DNA of 64,000 nt, taken from assembly GCA_963782115.1 (NCBI GenBank), contig CAWAIK010000002.1, positions 1 to 64,000 of the forward strand, read 5' to 3'. Position 1 is the stretch's first letter; each line of letters begins with the position of its first letter. This document shows, piece by piece, positions 10,940 to 19,891 of this stretch. The notes beneath the pieces were generated by a model, which was given only the letters and a program-made list of their open reading frames with translations, was not told the DNA's origin and did no database searches. The translations under genes were made by a program, and so were the position numbers. The DNA is from an uncultured Verrucomicrobiae bacterium. GTDB taxonomy: Bacteria; Verrucomicrobiota; Verrucomicrobiia; Chthoniobacterales; JAFAMB01.

Positions 10940-11028
10940 AAATAAATTATTCTTACATTTTCTTCTTGTGTTATTTCTTTTGTCATTAATACTAACAACA
11001 TTCTTCTTAATTGTTACTTTAATACGGT
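10940..11028 (+). promoter_or_regulatory. AT-rich promoter region of the HNH operon
   Basis: Strongly AT-rich tract in a GC-rich genome, directly before ATG 11029. Confidence 0.45.
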
Positions 11029-12102
11029 ATGAGCCGTTACTCACAATCGTCCGCCCCCGGTCCCGATATGGTGAACGCCGTGGCCGAGATGCTACGAAAA
11101 CTCGAGCAAATTTCGGACGATCCGTCCATCATCGGCCAGTGTCTCGAGCTACCAGGCGTCGTTCTGGACAAAGTCTCCGCAACCTGTTTGGACCGCGAGG
11201 GACCAGAATACGCCAACGTTAATCGCGATTACCAAGCCTTGAGAGCTCACTATTTCAAGGCGCTTGCCGCGGACCCGGTCGGCAGAGCGCTGGCGGCGCT
11301 GGCAGTCGGTTCGACCGGCGTTGAATTGATGGAATTAGGCCGCCCGCCAGCGTTTGTGGCAGAAATCCGTTCTGCACGGGGGAGGCCGACACGCGGACGC
11401 CGCGAATCCTACAATTGCCACCACGTCGTGCCGAAAAGCATTCGGCCGGAATCCGGCGGTGTTTCAGTCAATCACCCAACCAATTTCGTGGTCGCCAAAA
11501 CAACGCGACGTGGTCTCGATCAATCGGAAAATCCGCATCATCTCTGGCACAGCCTTTTTCTTCATCCTCAGACCCATAACGCGCCCGTCGAACCGATCCC
11601 GATCTACGTCGTCCGCCCCCTGTTCCCGTTCTATCCGCCGATCACTCAGGGTTTTCGGACCATCGAAGAGTTACGCAAAAAGCTGGCAGCCCTGGGTGCT
11701 CCTCAGCTTCCGGAAGTCTGGGAAAAACGGATTCTTGAATTTTCGAAAGCAACAAAGCACCAGCCATACGCAGTTCCGAAGGAATACCATGAGATCACTC
11801 GGATGTTCGGCGATCTTTACAAGGCGCAAAACAAGGATCCTACAGTGAACCAACAAATGCGGTCCAGCCTCGCAGAGCAAGGGGCGCGATTAGTCGCCGA
11901 TTTTTTGCCGGCCGGCGCTTATGTAAATGGCAAACAGCTGCCCGCAGATCACAGACCAAAGAAATCGATCCCGTTGATTGAATCCAGAAAGAAGCCTGAA
12001 ACAGTCGTTCAACCATCTCCGGCGCGCCGGAAATCACGCTCGACCAAGCGCCAACTTCAAAAGCCAGCTATTCATCCGCAACCAAATCACCAAAAGGTTT
12101 AG
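11029..12102 (+). CDS. HNH endonuclease toxin-like protein
   Basis: YNCHHVVPKS..GG..NHPTNFVV..PHHLWH..FYPP; followed by a SUKH gene. Confidence 0.7.
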   Translation: MSRYSQSSAPGPDMVNAVAEMLRKLEQISDDPSIIGQCLELPGVVLDKVSATCLDREGPEYANVNRDYQALRAHYFKALAADPVGRALAALAVGSTGVELMELGRPPAFVAEIRSARGRPTRGRRESYNCHHVVPKSIRPESGGVSVNHPTNFVVAKTTRRGLDQSENPHHLWHSLFLHPQTHNAPVEPIPIYVVRPLFPFYPPITQGFRTIEELRKKLAALGAPQLPEVWEKRILEFSKATKHQPYAVPKEYHEITRMFGDLYKAQNKDPTVNQQMRSSLAEQGARLVADFLPAGAYVNGKQLPADHRPKKSIPLIESRKKPETVVQPSPARRKSRSTKRQLQKPAIHPQPNHQKV

Positions 12103-12106
12103 ATCC

Positions 12107-12730
12107 ATGCCCCTGAACACACGCTACTTAAAAGAATTGAGTGATCTATTCGTAGATGACCTGAAACGGTCCGACTATTATCAAAGACTTTCGGAAACTC
12201 AACGGCATGATCTCGATGATCGACTGGCAACAGAGGCTTCGGAGGGGCTGTATCCCCTCCTTCCCGGCGCCGATGAGACAGAACTCGAGAGACTCTCGAA
12301 AGCCTTCAACGAAAGACTGCATGTTCAGTTGCCCGCGTCCGTGATTAATATTCTTCGCCTGGTCGATGGCTTCGCTGAAAATGGAGTCTCACTCTACGGT
12401 GTCGATGGAGAGTTGCGGGACGACCAGTTCGATTCCGGACCTGGTCTCCTCGCCGAGAATCTCGTGAACTGGTCCGGTTTCACCGAGACGATTCAAAAAT
12501 ACCTGTTTGTTGGAGATTCAGATCTCTGGCATTTCGCAGTCGAACTCGCCACGGGGCATCCAGTCGCCCTCCACAAATCGACACTGAAAGAGGCGCATCG
12601 TTTTTCGACCATGGATGAACTGGTCAATGACATGATGCAGCAGGCGTTAGGTGACTTTGGCGATGAAACGGAGGATCCGGAGGATGAGACGGGCAACCGC
12701 TCTGAAGGTTTTCATTTTTCCCGCAACTAG
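12107..12730 (+). CDS. SMI1/KNR4 (SUKH) family immunity-like protein
   Basis: PGADETELERL..LHVQLPASVINILRLVDGFAENGVSLYG..LFVGDSD; starts 4 nt after the HNH stop. Confidence 0.75.
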   Translation: MPLNTRYLKELSDLFVDDLKRSDYYQRLSETQRHDLDDRLATEASEGLYPLLPGADETELERLSKAFNERLHVQLPASVINILRLVDGFAENGVSLYGVDGELRDDQFDSGPGLLAENLVNWSGFTETIQKYLFVGDSDLWHFAVELATGHPVALHKSTLKEAHRFSTMDELVNDMMQQALGDFGDETEDPEDETGNRSEGFHFSRN

Positions 12731-12773
12731 CCTTCTGTATCGCATTAATTGTCAAATTCCCGGCTGATTATTT

Positions 12774-13436
12774 ATGGATACACTCGACGAGCTATTGAAA
12801 GGACCGGAACCGGTCAAATCCGATCAATTGAGCGGGTCGATTCTGCATTCGACTCCGTTCCTGGGTAGAGATGTCTGGCAGGAAGCCATCGATCATTTCG
12901 ATGTTTTCGCTGAAGTGCACGCCAATGCGAGCCTCCCCCTGGAACAGCAGCAATACCAGAGCGATCTGAGAGTTGACCGCTACCTTTACGACACGCTCGC
13001 CCGGGAATTCGAGCTGCTGGATGTTTGGCTGAGGAAAAACTCCGGGCACGATGAAGCGATGCAAGTTGCATCCTTCCTGCAGCGCCGGAATCGATTCGGT
13101 TCGCGATCCTGGATTGATCAGCAGGAAAAACTCTACCTCTGGGCGCAGAAAAACGAACCAAACGATCTTGGCGCTTCGATATTCGGATGGCGGCTCCTGT
13201 GCCGGGAGTTGGCTGAATCGCTCCTCTCGTGGTCCTCGCAAATGCATCACGACCCCCGCGCACAACAGATCCGGCTCTGGCAGGATTCGGAGGGATTTTA
13301 CCCGCAGAATCGCCTGAGAATCTGGGCGCTCCGGTTTCTCGAGGATGATCGTGCGCCACAGATCCTCGGATGGGAGGCGGCAATGAGTCGCCAGATACTC
13401 GAAACCCATCCGGAGCTTCTAACTGGAACCCGATAG
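12774..13436 (+). CDS. hypothetical protein
   Basis: 220 aa ORF in the operon; no recognised motif. Confidence 0.65.
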   Translation: MDTLDELLKGPEPVKSDQLSGSILHSTPFLGRDVWQEAIDHFDVFAEVHANASLPLEQQQYQSDLRVDRYLYDTLAREFELLDVWLRKNSGHDEAMQVASFLQRRNRFGSRSWIDQQEKLYLWAQKNEPNDLGASIFGWRLLCRELAESLLSWSSQMHHDPRAQQIRLWQDSEGFYPQNRLRIWALRFLEDDRAPQILGWEAAMSRQILETHPELLTGTR

Positions 13437-13442
13437 GATCCT

Positions 13443-15170
13443 ATGGAAAACCCCTTCGATCGACCGCCGATCAATGTCAGCGCAAATCTCGTGGATGGCC
13501 GCGTCCCGAGTTGGAGAAAGGACTATCTGGCGATGGTGCCCGCGATGACGGACGAAAAAGGGCGGTTGCTGGACAGCCTGCGCACCGGTGAAGACCCGAC
13601 GATCCGGGACGGCGTCAATCTGGCCTTGAGCCGCTTACTTGATTCGGAAGCTCCCAAAGATTCCCTGGGCAAAACCTCGTTTCTCGTCCATGACGGGACG
13701 GGAACGGGCAAATCCTATCAGGCGATCCTGGCCGCGAAAGCTATTGCTCTCGAGACAGGAGAACCTGCGCTCGTTACGACGAGAGGCGATCTCATTCCCG
13801 CTCTCAGGCGCGATTTGGACCGGCTCGGCCTCGATGACTCCAAAGTCACTTTTGTCGCGATCGAACAGTTGGGAGCATTTCTGAAAGATGCACAAAAGGA
13901 GAAGCAACAATTCTCGGTCACTATTGTCGATGAAGCTCAGGATTGCCGCATTCCGGAAGTTCGCAAATTCTTAGATCGCATTCCGGCCAGCCGGCAGCTT
14001 TTTTTTAGTGCCACGCCATTTCATAACATAGATGAATTTTGTTACTTTTCTTCAAAGCTTACCGGCAAACCAATTCACCAGGTCAAGAGCGAGATCCATT
14101 CGGCAAAAGATCTTCATCTCGCCGTTGCGGATCAATTGAAACAGATCACTTCAGCGGGAGGAATGGTTCAACGTGAATTCCCTTTCTACGGAAATGTGCC
14201 GCCGGCCGGGCTCTTGGCGCTCAGCGCCGAATCCCGCGCTGCAGAAACGCGGTTGATGGGTGGTTATGCGCGGCTGATGGAGAATCGCGACTTTCCCTAC
14301 CAACGAAAGCTGAAAGAAGATCTGGCCATCGAGTTAAACACGGCGTCGGATGCAACCAAGGTCGATTCGATCCTACAACGGACGCTTGAGCTGCTTTCTC
14401 AAAACAAGAAGGTGATTCTTGCCGGTGACGACCTGCCGGTGGCTTCTCGAATTCTGAAAGAACCAGATGGATTGCCCAAGGAGACGACCGGTTTTCTCTC
14501 AGCCCTTCGGATCGCTATGGTGGCTCACGGCATCCAATGCTCATTCATTCGAGCGTTTCCAGAGAATAGCGATGCCATATCGGCTCTCTCCGGGGAACGA
14601 GCCGCGATCGCCGCTGGGAATCTTGACGAAATGGCCCGTTTTGTGGATGGCGCCTATCGAACAACCGAAACCGGCCAACGACTCGAACTCCGAGGCCGGG
14701 ATAACAAACCAATTTACGCGCCAAGTCAGACCAAGGTTATCCTTATACCCTACCGGCAGGTGGCCGGTTGGCCGGAATTGAACCAGCGCTTCCCACAGGC
14801 ACCGCGGATTTCGATGATCCTCACGCCGACAGCGAGCGCGGATCACTTCGTCCAAGCCATCGGCCGCGGCAGTCGTCGTAACAGCCAGGGTCCGACCGAC
14901 GTCCATCTCGTTGCAAACGACAGTTGCGCCGATCGCCGCCGGTTGAGTCACCTGTTGAAAGGTCTCCAGTTCATTGCCGCGACTGGCTCGCCTGCGATCG
15001 CACCATTTCTGCAACTTGCCGCCGACTGTCTTGACAGGGCCTCGACGCAACGCGCCGCAGAAGAGCAGAAATTGATTCAATTGGAGAAAAATCAGCAGAC
15101 CAGGAGCGCTCGAGTATTCGACCCCAATCGCTATCGAGTGCCATCGGTTCAGACCGGCCTCCGCCCATGA
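13443..15170 (+). CDS. SF2 helicase/ATPase, Strawberry-notch-like
   Basis: HDGTGTGKS (Walker A), DEAQ, SATP, SADHFVQAIGRGSRRNS (motif VI). Confidence 0.75.
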   Translation: MENPFDRPPINVSANLVDGRVPSWRKDYLAMVPAMTDEKGRLLDSLRTGEDPTIRDGVNLALSRLLDSEAPKDSLGKTSFLVHDGTGTGKSYQAILAAKAIALETGEPALVTTRGDLIPALRRDLDRLGLDDSKVTFVAIEQLGAFLKDAQKEKQQFSVTIVDEAQDCRIPEVRKFLDRIPASRQLFFSATPFHNIDEFCYFSSKLTGKPIHQVKSEIHSAKDLHLAVADQLKQITSAGGMVQREFPFYGNVPPAGLLALSAESRAAETRLMGGYARLMENRDFPYQRKLKEDLAIELNTASDATKVDSILQRTLELLSQNKKVILAGDDLPVASRILKEPDGLPKETTGFLSALRIAMVAHGIQCSFIRAFPENSDAISALSGERAAIAAGNLDEMARFVDGAYRTTETGQRLELRGRDNKPIYAPSQTKVILIPYRQVAGWPELNQRFPQAPRISMILTPTASADHFVQAIGRGSRRNSQGPTDVHLVANDSCADRRRLSHLLKGLQFIAATGSPAIAPFLQLAADCLDRASTQRAAEEQKLIQLEKNQQTRSARVFDPNRYRVPSVQTGLRP

Positions 15171-15255
15171 AAGAGACCCTTTCGGCATGTCGGGAATAAC
15201 ATAATCGGTGTTTTTTCGTGTCGCAGCATCCTCCTCAATCGGTTAATGGAGGCCC

Positions 15256-15651
15256 ATGCCATCCGCGGACTCATCCTTTTTGGCGGTGTATGGTTCCCTG
15301 CGCCGTCGCAGTCTGGCGAAACAAGGGTTCATTGTCCTGCGGAATCTTCGGTTTCACGGATACGGTGTGCTGAGAGGTCTTTTGTTCATCCAAAACGGCT
15401 ATCCCGGGGTCCTCGAACAGTCGGGACTCGTAAGAGTCGAGGTCTATCGCGTCCTCAGCGAAACGGTGTGGGAGACGCTGGACCGTTATGAAGGATATCG
15501 ACAATCGCTTGGCTGCCACGCGCTTTTCTACCGAAAAGAGGTTACTCTTCTGCGTCCGCAGATTCGGGTTTCCGTTTATTTTCTCGGGAGGGAGATTCCC
15601 AGGGGAAAGATTTCTACTTTCAGGCGTAGCGTTGATCCTGATTCGCATTGA
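15256..15651 (+). CDS. gamma-glutamylcyclotransferase (AIG2-like) family protein
   Basis: AVYGSLRR, GYPG, EVY, LDRYEG, FYRK. Confidence 0.85.
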   Translation: MPSADSSFLAVYGSLRRRSLAKQGFIVLRNLRFHGYGVLRGLLFIQNGYPGVLEQSGLVRVEVYRVLSETVWETLDRYEGYRQSLGCHALFYRKEVTLLRPQIRVSVYFLGREIPRGKISTFRRSVDPDSH

Positions 15652-15743
15652 TACTCGTTTGGTACCCGATTAACCCTAAAAGCCGTGGCCTAGAATAAAC
15701 CGCGAAATCTGCGGCGTCTGTTTCGCAAATCAGGATAAAGATT

Positions 15744-15992
15744 ATGGAGACTCCCTTCGCAATAGCGACAAACGTCGAGAAAGAACCCGGAAATAACTAC
15801 CGGATCGACATCGAAATCATTGTTCCAGTGACCCTCGAAAAATTCAGGCTGGATTTGAACGAGCTCGTTGATCAACCGCATCAGATCGGCGGGTTTCCGC
15901 CCTCGGGCGAATGGGGAAATGTAGTTGTGACCACGCGCGGACTCCCAAAGTTGAAACCAGGGGACAAAATCCCTGTGGTTGTGCAGGAGTGA
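15744..15992 (+). CDS. hypothetical protein
   Basis: 82 aa ORF with ATG and purine-rich leader. Confidence 0.45.
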   Translation: METPFAIATNVEKEPGNNYRIDIEIIVPVTLEKFRLDLNELVDQPHQIGGFPPSGEWGNVVVTTRGLPKLKPGDKIPVVVQE

Positions 15993-16156
15993 CCATTACC
16001 GGTTTCCCCCTCATCGGGCCGAGGCCTTTTTCGGTCGATCGCAAAAATCTTTCATCGAGCTAGACTAGTGGCTGGATCGCGTAACCTGTCCAGACAAGGG
16101 TCTCGTTTCCAGAGACGATCAATGCGCCGGGCCATGTGAGTTCTTCCGCAACGATT

Positions 16157-16447
16157 TCAGGTTTTCCAGGGAGTTTTGAAGGTGTGCCAGCTTTCGGATT
16201 TCCTCTGCCTTTCCTCAGATTCCTCTTCCATTCGTTCATGTTCTCGGGAAGCGGTTCCGGCCTTTTGCGCAGGATCCAATGGATCGAACCCCTCGAGAAA
16301 TTCCGGATAAAAGGCCTTGATCGCTTTTTTTCCCGCGTCTGCAGCTTTTCTTTCGGCTCTCATATTTTCAAACATTCTATCTATTTTGCTGGCTAGGTCA
16401 GCTATATTTTTAATCTTTTCCATGAGTACGACAGATTGAAAGTCCAT
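16157..16447 (-). CDS. hypothetical coiled-coil protein
   Basis: 96 aa charged ORF. Confidence 0.4.
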   Translation of the reverse strand: MDFQSVVLMEKIKNIADLASKIDRMFENMRAERKAADAGKKAIKAFYPEFLEGFDPLDPAQKAGTASREHERMEEESEERQRKSESWHTFKTPWKT

Positions 16448-16916
16448 CGATCGACCAACGAGGTATATTGACGCCGGTGAGGGACAATGGAGAATGAACT
16501 CGGGTAGGGGACTTACCAGAAGCGGATTCGCAGTACTTCTTGGAGCGCCCGGCCTTCGTTCAAAGGTTTTCCCTCGGGGCAGCCGAATGATCTGGTCCGC
16601 CCGCCGCTCTACGGGAGGCGTGTGCCGGGCGGAACAGCTTTCGTGGCTACCGCCTCCGGTTTTGCCTATCCAGCCACAGAAAGAGCAGGATAAGCGCCAG
16701 ACATAGTAAGGCGGGGAGAACCGCGTGCGGATAATTAAGGAGATCCATTGTCAATCATGGTTACCGTCCGTCCAAATTCACCTTAACCCGCCGAGGCGGC
16801 GCTCAAAAGGTCTTGGGATGGCTCCCGCTTTTGAATGGGCGTTTTTCTAGTTTGGTCTAAACAATGCTTATCACCGATGAGCTGGGTGTAATAGAACTGA
16901 GTTGGAAATCCGCTCG

Positions 16917-17258
16917 CTATTCCCGAAGGCTCTGAAACACTATCGCCAACGGTCCACTCGGAAGACCTGAGAGCCGTGGTTCGGCCTCTTTCGGGCCGGG
17001 ATCGTTGCCCGGATGAGAGAGAAGGCGTTCGTCTGTGATTACAAAGCGCTCCTCATGCAACTGTCCAAAGTGGTCGCGCACAAAGGCGTTTTGCTCGAGA
17101 TAGAGACGACAAATCTCTGGCGTGTCCCCATCGATTTTGGATTCGTAAATCGACAGGCCGACCTGAAGGAAAAGAATTGTCACCAGGAGCGCAACGCAAA
17201 TCGCAACGATCGAGGCCCTGAGGGAGATCTTCTTATGAAGCCACGCGAAAGACATCAA
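16917..17258 (-). CDS. hypothetical membrane-anchored protein (possibly truncated)
   Basis: GGAG RBS-like sequence upstream; N-terminal TM helix. Confidence 0.4.
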   Translation of the reverse strand: MMSFAWLHKKISLRASIVAICVALLVTILFLQVGLSIYESKIDGDTPEICRLYLEQNAFVRDHFGQLHEERFVITDERLLSHPGNDPGPKEAEPRLSGLPSGPLAIVFQSLRE

Positions 17259-18137
17259 TATTCTCCTTCGACCGATGTCGGGATTAGCGAGGCGAAAGGA
17301 GACACGAATCCGGCAGATGTCGTTAATCAGCTATAATTGGTTCGTTTTTCCTAAAAAAGAGAATTAATAAAAACTTTAGATCGTGCGTGGACGGGCGAGA
17401 AGATCGTCAGGAAAACAGGTAGTCGGAATCGAGGTCCTCGCTGCCCAATTAACTCTGATTCGTTTCCCCATGAAATCGGTTCCGACTGATCCTGAAGAAG
17501 TGTATCGAGCTTTGCTCAGGCAGACTCAAGGGGCCGGAAAAGGGGCGCAAGCGGTGACGCGTAACCGTGAAGCGATTCTCAGAGAGTGGGAGAACTTTAT
17601 TTCTCTGTTTCCGCGCCCGCTAGAGGCAGCTCTCAGGATCAAACAGGGTACGATTCATGATCGATCTACTGTTTCAGGTTGGTTACATCCTTGTAGTGCT
17701 GGCGGTGATTTCGCTCTTTGTCTGCACCATTCCGATCTGGTCGTCGTGCTTCTGCTGCGGTGATCCCGGTCATTTCCGAAGCAAGCAAATGACGCTGGTA
17801 ATCAAAAAAGGAGAAGAACGCTGGCTGATCTATAAAGTACGCGAGAGCACACGCACGCGGCTTTGTATCGCTCCATTGAAGACGCTGGAAGAGGCCAGAG
17901 CAATCGCGGTACCGGGGCTTCTGGCGTGTGATGAGGTTACGCGGATCAGCTACGAAACTTAGAAGGAGAACTTGGAGATCCGATCAATGCGTGATCTCAG
18001 GGTAACCAAGTCCGTCGCGGAGAAGTGGACCATTTAAGCTTCGAAGAGTTCTGGGCGCTGAAATGAAAAATCCGAACGGATCAAACTCGTTCAACGGTTT
18101 TCCAAGAAAGAAGCATGAACGACAACCACTCTATTTT

Positions 18138-18161
18138 ATTGGCACAATCATTGGCACAATC
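18138..18161. repeat. perfect 12-bp tandem repeat (integrase arm-site-like)
   Basis: ATTGGCACAATC x2. Confidence 0.6.
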
Positions 18162-18268
18162 GGCCAAGAAGCCAGAAATGCTTTGATTTGAATCGGCGGT
18201 CTGGGGCTATACGCGGGATCGAAAGCATCGCGACCCCCTAGTTTAGCTGTTCTAATCGGCGAATACAT

Positions 18269-18736
18269 TCATGCACTTCGGCAGATCCGATCCGCTATTT
18301 GTGCTGCTTTTCGTTCCAGCGGTCCATGCGGATAGCCCGGGGGAAAAGCGACTTCCTTTAGGTACTCCTTTAAGAATGTGTCGATTCCGCCGAATCTTTC
18401 GTATTGCATTACGTGCGCCAATTCATGCGCAATGAGTCCACGACCATACGAGCCATTTTTAATCACAATACCGTGTGCGAAGGTCATTCCAATCGTCCTA
18501 TCTGTTAACAATCCCGTCTGCACCGCAAGCTGACGCAATCCCGCATCGCTTGGTAGAGGTATTGCGTCCAACACGATGATCCGTACATCGTCGGTTCGTC
18601 GAACGCCGATCGCTTCCGCGTCTTTTCTGCTTTGAGGCGACAGTTGTTGACCACTTTCTAAAATGGCTTTCTGCATTTCGGACACCCAGCGAACCGCGAT
18701 CGGGAAAAATTGCGTTACTATTTCAGGAGAGATCAT
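18269..18736 (-). CDS. HExxH zinc metallopeptidase-like (DUF4157-like) protein
   Basis: GMTFAHGI..LIAHELAHVMQYERFGG..PLERKA. Confidence 0.75.
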   Translation of the reverse strand: MISPEIVTQFFPIAVRWVSEMQKAILESGQQLSPQSRKDAEAIGVRRTDDVRIIVLDAIPLPSDAGLRQLAVQTGLLTDRTIGMTFAHGIVIKNGSYGRGLIAHELAHVMQYERFGGIDTFLKEYLKEVAFPPGYPHGPLERKAAQIADRICRSA

Positions 18737-18989
18737 GAACGCTGAATCGCCCAACATTCGATTTAGTCCAGTTTCAACTCTGGTTTTCGATTGCGGCCTT
18801 AACCCTCCTTTCTCGCCAACACAGAGTATTATCCCGGGGGGACTGGCCGAACGAGATCGGCCCGATGGCGACTCGTTCGAACATTGGGGTGATCTCTGGA
18901 TAAGCAATCCCGGCACACCCCCAGATTGGCCAGCGAAGACCGTGAAACACAGGAGCGATGCCGGAGCCGGTTGTTACAACGCGGCCCGG

Positions 18990-19410
18990 GTGCTACTCGA
19001 GGAGATCAAAGGGGACGCAGTGATTACCAGTTACACTCGGTGGCTGGAAGCTGTGATAGTGAAGGGAACGGAAAATCAAGAGGTTTTCGTAACATTTAGT
19101 CCACAGTTCGGGCGTATTTGGCTGGAATCGAAAAAACGATTGTCGGAGTACGCCGCCGAACAACCGGCCAATATTGGAATACGAAGTCAATACTCGATCC
19201 GCCTACACAGTTGGGCGCAAAAGCACGTCTCGGTTGTACGAAGCGTATTCCTCTGGAGCAGCTCCGAAAAGTGCTCGGACTAGAGTCGGTAAAGGATGCT
19301 GAAGGAAATGTCATCCAAGAACCTCCTGGGCGAACTTTCGCCAGAGGGCGTTGGACGTTGCCATTCTGGAGATCAACAACAAGACGGACTAGAAGATCGC
19401 CATCGAGTCG
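18990..19410 (+). pseudogene. plasmid replication initiator (Rep_3/RepB) remnant
   Basis: YTRWL..VTFSP..IRSQYSIRLHSW, then in shifted frames IPLEQLRKVLGL and ANFRQRALDVAILEIN.KT. Confidence 0.7.
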
Positions 19411-19891
19411 CTGGTTTTGTTTTCTCTCTGCGAGGCGAACGTGGCAAAGCGACTCAATTGGCGAGGTTTCAGGGTTGCAATCCAGCGGCAAACCCGATCG
19501 ACGCGATCCGGGTCGAGTACGTGGCCCTTCGCGTCAGGTCTTCAATGATCAGAAAAGTCCTTTGGTTTCCGCTGTGGCTGGGTCATGAAAAACCGATGCA
19601 TTCGGGGCAAGTCTTGGCCGGCGACGTTGACACGCCGGGAACTTATGCGCTCAAGAATCCAGCGGCGACGATCACGAGGCTGGCGGACACCGATTAATGC
19701 TATTCACGTTGGCCGTCCGACGAAAACGGGAAATCCGCACAAAGTCCGGAACTGGCCCTCATATCGCAGCAGAAGAAGCAGTGTCTCGCCATACCCGCCT
19801 GTGCCGTGGGCGCCGTTGAGTAGTCCGCCGGCACCGCGGGGCGAGGCGATAAGCCTATCCGGAACAGTGAACCGACCGCGCCGGAGAGCTG

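Noticed and set aside
9838..11001. long antisense ORFs (also 7418-8224, 41947-42879 and others)
   Set aside because: Shadows of genuine genes on the opposite strand in GC-rich DNA; no motifs.
17383..18066. short ORFs as real genes
   Set aside because: Overlapping and fragmentary with no recognisable motifs; cannot be supported.
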